Source of the DNA: Eledone cirrhosa
Lineage: Eukaryota
DNA length: 64,000 nucleotides
Assembly: GCA_964016885.1 (NCBI GenBank)
Contig: CAXHJY010001195.1
Span: 1 to 64,000, forward strand
Reading direction: 5' to 3'
Under the pieces are notes generated by a model. It saw only the letters and a program-made list of their open reading frames with translations, ran no database searches and had not been told where the DNA came from. Within the stretch, counting starts at the first letter, position 1; each line of letters opens with the position of its first letter. Positions 56,021 through 64,000 of this stretch are shown one piece after another. The position numbers and the translations under genes were made by a program.

Positions 56021-56165
56021 AACAAAGAAGGTGTGGTAAGATACTAGGTGGACCATAATGCATCATAGTACAAGATACTTAGGGTAGTAGAGTGGGTAAT
56101 AGTTCGGAACTAGCTGTCGAAACAGCCGGAGCTCAGCCATCGGGGTCCTGACTCTTGTCCTATAT
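56021..56165. mobile_element. PLE remnant with internal inversion, same family as 14819
   Basis: 56021-56100 is the reverse complement of the 14946-15024 tail; 56101-56165 is a forward-orientation half hammerhead. Confidence 0.7.
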
Positions 56166-56174
56166 ATATATACA

Positions 56175-56230
<56 letters not shown>

Positions 56231-56769
56231 CACAACATACAGATACACACCCATACATATTATTCATCACCATCATCATGGTAGAGCAAGTGCTGAGTTT
56301 TGGTGGTGGTCTAGAAAGTGTAGAATCTATTAGAGGTCACCCCTCCACGGTGGAGCACGTGGCAGGTCTTGGAGTTGGTCTTGATAATGTAGAATCTATC
56401 AGAGACATATCTCAGTACATTTGAATACAAGAAAGTGAATAATTCTCAACAATTTTACATTTTCTAAGTTGGAGAAAAAATGATAAAAATAACAGTTTTT
56501 CATTAAGTCTGGGAACACGAAGAAACTTTGTGGGAATTTACATATATTAAAAGTGGCAAATGCTTAATGCCAACTACTTCTAGAATTTACCAACAGAAAA
56601 CTATGCAAGCCCCATTTTGTAACAGCTAACTAATAATTGTAAAGAAATTTAATATTAAGTTGCATGGAAGGTGGCAAAATTTCAAATTTCTAACAGGTAA
56701 GCTTAATAGTCAAAACTGTAATGTTTTTACATTGAAATACATACATACATATATACATAAATACATACA

Positions 56770-56803
<34 letters not shown>

Positions 56804-57364
56804 CATACATACATACATATATACATACATACACATGCAAGCTTATATATGCATATACACACATATACACACATATATATGCACATACACATACACTAAA
56901 ATATATATATATAAACACACACATACACATGTTTATATACACACACACCCATATATACACACAGACACACACACAAAATAAAACAATGAAAACAAAGCAT
57001 CCCTCCAATAATAACGATGAGGTGAGAGGTATCACCACATCACCCCCCCCCCCCCACACACACACACACACTCCCACACATCACCCACATCACTCCATAC
57101 AGAGGACCTAAACAAGTTTAAAAGGACAAATCAATGAATTAATCAATCAGTTATTGAATCAATCTAATCAATAAACTATAGTTCCCGATGCTGATCATGA
57201 AAGATGAGATCTGCCAAATAAGCCAAAAAGTTATTTTGAAGACATCTTGTGATAGCCATCAAGATTGACCCCCAGGGATCTCACCAGTTGAAAGGTCTAA
57301 TTTCTCACCCTGCAAAGATCAAACAAGATCAATAATACATTTTGTTTCCTTATTTTTTTAAAAA

Positions 57365-58565
57365 TCTAACTCTTTTGTTGCCATATTTCTAATGAAAGAC
57401 ACTGTCTATAGTTTTCAAATCATTTTGAAGATAATCAAGAATTTCAAGTGATTCAGAAACATAACTAACTTTCTCATTATTAAAGCTGTTGTTTGGAGCA
57501 TATTTTAACTACTTCCTTTTCGTGCCAGTCACTGTTGAGACCTCTGGTGTCCTTGGTCACAGAACTGCCATCTTGCTCTGTACATTTGGGAGGTGTACAT
57601 CTCAGCTGAGGAAGAGGCCCACAAGTAAGATTAATAAAGTATTTTGTTTCTTTCATTTAAAAAGAAAAAAAATCTAACTCTTTTGTTACCATATTTCTAA
57701 TGAAAGGCACTGTCTTTCAAGAATTCGGATTGATTCAGTGACATAACTAACTTTTTCATTATTAAAGCTGGTATTTGGAGCATATTTTAACTACTTCCTT
57801 TTTGTGCCAGTTGCTGTCAAAACCTTTTGTGTCTTTGATCCCTGAACTGCCATTTTCATTCCCCAAAGTGGAAGGTGTGCTTCCTGCCAGAGGAAAGGGC
57901 TCTATGAGATACAGTGGCTGATGCAGTGTATGTCGCTGGCTGTTTTCTGTGGCAATGCTATCACCATTTTGTTTGTGTTGTGCAGCTGAGATATACGACC
58001 TGAACTGGGGTCTAGAGCCTGCCGATCCTTCACCATTTTCATTTCTTATACTTTATACGCAAACATTATATAAATCAGTTGAAATTTGTTGAATAAAATA
58101 TATTATATTTAATAAAGATTCTTCCACAAAATTATAATGAATGGTTTAAATCTAAATCTAAATACTCAAACACTTTTGTTACCATATTTTTAATGAACGA
58201 CACTGTCTATGGTCTTCAAATCCTTTTAAAATAATCAAGAATTTGGATTGATTTAGTAACATAACCAACTTTCTCATTATTAAGCTGGTGTTTGGAACTT
58301 AAAGTTTCTTACAAGAAAATGGTGGAAGGGTTTAAGATGTCTATAAACACTTTAACTCTTTACCATATTTTTAACGAAAAGCTGCCTATGATTTTCAAAT
58401 TATGATCAAATGTTTTTAGATGTAATGTAAACATTTTAACCCTTTTGTTACCATATCTCTAATGGAAGACACTGTCTTTGATTTCTAAAATAATTTTGAA
58501 AATAATAAAGAATTTGGATTGATTCAGTAATGCAACTAACTTCCTCATTATTTAGTTGGTATTTA
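57365..58565 (+). repeat. About five degenerate copies of a TTAA-type MITE left end
   Basis: aac(c/t)cttttgttaccatattt.taatga..gacactgtct near 57367, 57676, 58172, 58354 and 58438; related sequence at ~11950-12200. Confidence 0.6.
57790..58115 (+). mobile_element. CRE-clade non-LTR retrotransposon 3' remnant
   Basis: FLFVPVAVKTFCVFDP*TAIF...EIQWLMQCMSLAVFCGNAITIL matches the FxPxAVETxG...QRxSxAxxRGNA C-terminus. A partial duplicate (FVPVTVETSGVLG) lies at 57508-57625. Confidence 0.7.
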
Positions 58566-58576
58566 AAGAACGGTTT

Positions 58577-58730
58577 ATGGCAGCAATGGTAGAGTGTTGG
58601 ACATTCTTCCTTGTGGCATATAGTTACAACCCTTTACATCGGGAGTTCAAATTCTGTCGAGGTTAGCTTTGCCTTTCATCTGTACGGGGTTGATAAAATA
58701 AAGCACCAGTAATGCACTGGGGGTTGATTT
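58577..58730 (+). mobile_element. Diverged tRNA-type SINE
   Basis: gagttcaaattctgtcgaggttagctttgcctttcatc...gataaaataaagcaccag. Confidence 0.72.
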
Positions 58731-61700
58731 AAGAGACCATATAGCGGCTGCTTTGTTGGCTCAACAACATACCAGGTGAGTCAGAAGTAATCTGGCAGCC
58801 AATGCATTTTTATTGCAAGGTTCATAGATAACTTTTTGAACATACACTTCAAAATATATTGAGAAATCAGGTCAGCTTTTCGATCACTTACTTTAATTAT
58901 ATTTTATTAACTAGTTTTGTTTGATGTATTTATAGATGTGTACTGTATGACCAGAATTTCAGTAAATATTATCATTTGAAATATAAATGTTGGCCAGCCT
59001 TGTTACTTATGACTCACACTGTATAGACAGAAAGGATGTGTGCTTTATACAACATGTTGTGGCACTTATACAAATATGAAATTTTGTGTATAAGGATACT
59101 TGAGACAAATTTGAGAGGTGATTAAAGTTGATATCACCTCGATAAATGTTGAGCTAAGATGTGGCCATAGATAAGAAGGGCAGGTCAGGGCTGTCAGTCA
59201 TGGGTGTGTCCTCAATCTATTGAACCATCAGTAATTCAGCCATAAGCAAATGAATCAGTTATCAGTGATCGGCCAAAGGTGAGCATGTTGTCATTGATCG
59301 CTGAACTAAAATAAATCATGGAGAACTCTATTGTGAATTGATTGGTTAAAGGTACCTAGAAAGGTCACATACACTCGACTAGACATGACACAAACACACT
59401 CCCTTTAACTGACCCTTGCTGGCTACAAACCATAGGTGGGGGTTGGGAAAGAGGGAGAATGGAAAGAGAGAGAGAGAGAGAGAGAAGAATAAGAAGTGAA
59501 AGGGTAAAAGAGGGAGAGAGCGAGAGAGAGACCTCCCTCCATCTCTAGGCGAATGGGTAAAAGATGTAGTACAGACACAGGGGAAACATGCCATTGCACC
59601 ATAAGTCAGACATTCACAACACCACCCACCAACCCACCCCTGCAATCCCCATCACCATCCCCATCACCTTCACCATCCCCATCACCTTCACCATCACCAT
59701 CACCATCACCATCCCCATCACCATCCCCATCACCTTCACCATCACCATCACCATCCACACAGATCAGATAGTATCGATAGTGAAAAGGATAAGGAAGGTG
59801 AGAAGAAGGTGAGAATTAAGAAAAATTAAGAAATTAAGAATGTAGAAGAGAGAGTAAGGCATGGTAAAGAAGGGTGATGGTGGTGGTGGTGGTGGTGGTG
59901 TTAGTTGTTGTTGGTGTTGGTGGTGGTGGTGGTGGTGTTGGTTTTGGTGGTGTTAGTTGTTGGTGTTGGTGGTGGTGGTGGTGGTGTTGGTTTTGGTGGT
60001 GTTGGGGGTTGGTGGTGGTGGTGGTTTTGGTGGTGTTGGTTTTGGTGGCGGTGGTGGTGGCGGTATTGGGGGTTGGTGTTGGTATTGGAGGTTGCTGTTG
60101 GTGTTCATGTTGGGTGGTGGTGTTGGTGGTGGTGTTGGTTTTGGTGGTGGTGGTGGTGGTGGTGGTGGTGGTGTTGGGGGTTGTGATGTTGATGGTGGTG
60201 TTGGTGTTGGTATTGCAGGTTGCTGTTGGTGTTGCTGTTGGTTGGTGTTGCTGTTGGTTGGTGTTCATGTTGAGTGGTGGTGATGGTGTTAGTGTTGGTG
60301 ATGGTGTTCATGTTGGTGTTGGTGTTGGGGGTTCGTGTTGGGTGTTGGTGATGGTTTTGGTGGTGGTGGTGGTGGTGTTGTGTTTGGTGTTGGTGAAGGG
60401 TCGAAAGATTTTCAGATGAGAATTAGTTGATATATGGATAGGTTGTGTTGGACATCTCCAGACCAGCAAGCACTAATGAGTTTGGTCAGTGGTTACAGAC
60501 AAAAGTCAAGAGGAGGAGAAAGGAAAGGAAGAAAGAAAGGGAGAAGAAGAAAAGGATGATGATGATGTGACTATATATAAATACTAATAATAAGTTAAAG
60601 TAATTAATATCTTGAGATTATTTGGGGAATTTAATTAATTAAAAGTAACAATAAAATAAAATACAGTAAATTAAAATAAGAAAAGAATTAAATGGAGAAA
60701 TACAAAGAATGTAGACGACGTACATCGTTAATAATATCTGGCAGTGTTAAATTTCTCAATTTTATAAGAATTTTGTGGCTGAATATCTCGTGTTTCAATA
60801 TGGCCCCACCCTAATAAGGCGGGAAGATAGAGAGGACTTAAATAGATGACTGCAGGGGAGGGAAAAGGTGTTGTCTACTAATTTAGTTTGTCTAATCAAT
60901 TCTAATTATGATAACGATGCCACATTACTGTTGATGATGATGATGATGATGGTAGTGATGGTGGTAGTGATGGTGGTGGTGAAGGTGCGATGGGGTTGAT
61001 AGTGGTGATGGTAGTGAAGGAGGTGGTGAAGGTGGCGGTTGATGGTGGGGGTGGGGTGATGATGGGGTGGTGGGTGGTGGGGATGATGATGGGGGGGTGA
61101 TGGTGGTGGTGGTGATGTTGGTGGTGGTAGTGATGGAGGTGGTGAAGGTGGGGTTGATGGTGGTGATGGTAGTGGTGGTAGTGGTGGTGGTGATGGTGGT
61201 GGGGGATATGATGGTGATGGTGGTGGGGGTGATGGTGATAATGGTGATTGTGGTGGTGAGAGTGGCAGTGTTGGCAATGATGATGATGATGACTGTGGTG
61301 ATGGTGATGATGATGATGATGACAATGGCGATGATAATGGTGGTGGCAGTGATGGTTGTGGTGGTTGTGATAGCAGTGGTGGTTGTGGTGTTGATGGTGG
61401 TTGTGGTGGTGGTGGTGGTGGTGGTGGTTGTGGTGGTGGTGTTGGTGGTGGTGGTGGTGGTGGTGGTTGTGGTGGTGGTGTTGGTGGTGGTGGTGGTTGT
61501 GGTGGTGGTGGTGTTGGTGGTGGTGGTGGTGGTGGTTGTGGTGTTGGTGGTGGTGGTGGTGGTGGTGGTGGATAATGATGATTATAATAATAGATGATGG
61601 TGATGATTTAATTCCAAGGAAAGAAGTTGGAAGAAGAGGAAGAAGCAGAATAATCTTGTTGATGGTGTTGATGATGATGATGATCGTTGTTGTGGGGGGG

Positions 61701-62702
61701 GGGGGTGTAGATATTAATGATGATGATAGTGGTAGTGTTTGTGGTGGTGGTAGTGTTGTTGCTGTTGGTGGTGGTGGTGGTGGTGGTGGTGGTCATTGTG
61801 CTGATGATGGTGATGATGATGATTTAATTCTAGAGAAAGAAGTCCTTAGAATAATAATAAGAAGAATGTTGATAAATGACTGGATAGTAGGTTGTCATTG
61901 ATTCCATTTATAACAATAGATAGTGGTGGTGGTGGTGGTGGTGGTGGTGGTGGTGGTGGTGGTAGTGTTGTTGTGGTGGTGGTGGTGGTGGTGGTGGTGG
62001 TGGTGGTGATGGTGGTGGTAGTGTTGTTGTTATTGTTGTTGTGGTGGTGGTGGTGGTGGTGGTGGTGGTAGTGTTGTTGTTGTGGTGGTGGTGGTGGTAG
62101 TAGTGGTGGTGGTGGTGGTGGTGGTGGTGGTGGTGGTGGTGGTGTTGTTGTTGTTGTGGTGGTGGTGGTAGTGTTGTTGTTGTGGTGGTGGTGGTGGTAG
62201 TAGTGGTGGTGGTGGTGGTGGTAGTGTTGTTGTTGTTGTGGTGTGGTGGTGGTGGTGGTGTTGGTGGTAGTGTTGTTGTGGTGGTTGTGGTGGTTCAGTG
62301 GTAGTGTTGTTGTGGTGGTGGTGGTAGTGTTGTTGTGGTGGTTGTAGTGGTAGTGGTTCAGTGGTAGTGTTGTTGTGGTGGTTGTGGTGGTGTTGATGGT
62401 GCTTATGATGGTGGTGGTTCAGTGGTAGTGTTGTTGTGGTGAAATTGGTGGTGGAGTTGAAGGTTAAATTGGTGTTGTTGTGATTGTGGTGGTTTTGATG
62501 GTGAAATTGGTGTTGTGGTAGTGTGGCTGTTGTGTTGGTGTTGTGATGTTGTTATGGTGGTTGTGGTGTGAGTATTGTGATGATGAAATTGATGACTACA
62601 GCAGTGATGGTGATAAATATTAGTAGTGATAGTAATAAGATAATAACATAGAAGCCAAGGATTATTAAATATTACCAGAACAACAAACTTTTCTTGTCTG
62701 CA

Positions 62703-63095
62703 TTGAAATTAAGTATAGATGACATTATATGTCATATGAGAAGTGGAAGAGATTGATAGAAATACCAGCTATGTACTTGGGTCAAGAGATAACCAAGAGT
62801 AACGAACCTTTACAGTTTGGGGGTTGAAATCTAAGAATAGATGACATTACATGTCATTTTCTGAGAAATGGAAGAGATTGATAGAAATACCAGCTATGAA
62901 CTGGGGTCAAGAGATAACTAAGAGTATTATTGAAATCTAAGTATAAACGAAATTACATGTCATCCTTCTGAGGAATGGGAGACATTGATAGAAATACCAG
63001 TTATGTACTGGGGTTAGTGAAATAAACAAGAGTAACAAACCTTTACAGTCTGTATTGAAATCTCAGTACAAACGACATTACATGTCATCCTTCTG
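62703..63095. repeat. ~120 bp tandem repeat x3.3
   Basis: ttgaaat.taag.ata.a.gacattacatgtcat...ttgatagaaataccag repeated. Confidence 0.85.
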
Positions 63096-63248
63096 TGTTA
63101 AATTAAAACACTGGAAAATAGCACATGTTTATGTCAGTGCATAAACAGTTGTCCAGACTTGACACTGGTATTGATTTTATTTTGTATATCATTGAACATG
63201 AATTAAGGAAAGTCACTACAGAAATGTAGTTTTACAAATATATATACT

Positions 63249-63295
<47 letters not shown>

Positions 63296-63442
63296 CACAC
63301 ACAATATATATATACACAGACACACACAGTGTGTATATATATATACACGCATATATATATACATATATATATATACATATATACACAGACACACACAATA
63401 TATACATATACCTATATATTTATATATAGGTATATGTATATA

Positions 63443-63487
63443 CCGAAACGGCTTGAGCTCAGCCGTCGGGGTCCTACTCGTTCCTAT
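63443..63487 (+). mobile_element. PLE remnant, same family as 14819
   Basis: cgaaacggcttgagctcagccgtcggggtcctactcgttcctat, within (TA)n. Confidence 0.7.
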
Positions 63488-64000
63488 ATATATTTATATA
63501 TATATTACATTAATTTTGGAACATATAATAGCGTGCCTTTTAATTTCTAGCTTCTTAAATTGTGTCTTTCACACAGGATAGTAGCATTAATTAATAGCAT
63601 TAATGTTTTAATATTTTTAAGTCTAATTAACAATTACTTAAATGTGTCATCACATAATTTTTGATTGATTTTGTTTTAATTTTCTTTTTTTTTTGTCATT
63701 TATTATTATTTTATTTTTCCTATTCATTGTATTAACTTAATACAATTAGAATAATTAGACAGTCCAGTGTATTTTAATATGACTACATAGTAATTAAAGT
63801 TGTTTTGAATTCTTCAGATTCTAGGATTGGTCATAGAAAATTTGTGTCTGTCTTTGATTAAACAAAGGATTATCTACAAATCGTTTTAGATAATTTCTAC
63901 AGCAACATGATGTTTATCAATTTAGCACTATCTTCATTAGTTTACGCAAAGGATACAAGCAACACTGCATCGTTCCATTACTAGAAGAGCATAGCTCATG

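Overview
AT-rich, microsatellite-saturated animal genomic DNA. The repeat repertoire (tRNA-type SINEs, RTE, Tx1 and Penelope-like retroelements in long (TA)n tracts) looks like an octopus or other coleoid cephalopod genome; this is inferred, not proven. I cannot support any host protein-coding exon, and almost all supplied ORFs are translations of simple repeats. The real coding remnants are all transposon-derived: two RTE LINE RT fragments each with an embedded PHD-type zinc finger, a Penelope-like (PLE) RT fragment, a PLE GIY-YIG endonuclease fragment missed by the ORF track, and Tx1, CRE and Expander-type RTE C-termini. The most notable structure is a ~3 kb, very young PLE insertion (7968-10980). 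It has near-identical 1.27 kb inverted arms around the GIY-YIG fragment, and each arm carries a type I hammerhead ribozyme. Two further complete hammerheads of unrelated sequence and several half-hammerheads truncated at stem II lie next to or inside (TA)n tracts. Other observations: tandem pseudoknot-like modules in RTE 3' UTRs, a SINE tail shared with a Tx1 LINE, a candidate degenerate hatchet-like ribozyme, and a three-layer nested MITE/MITE/SINE insertion.
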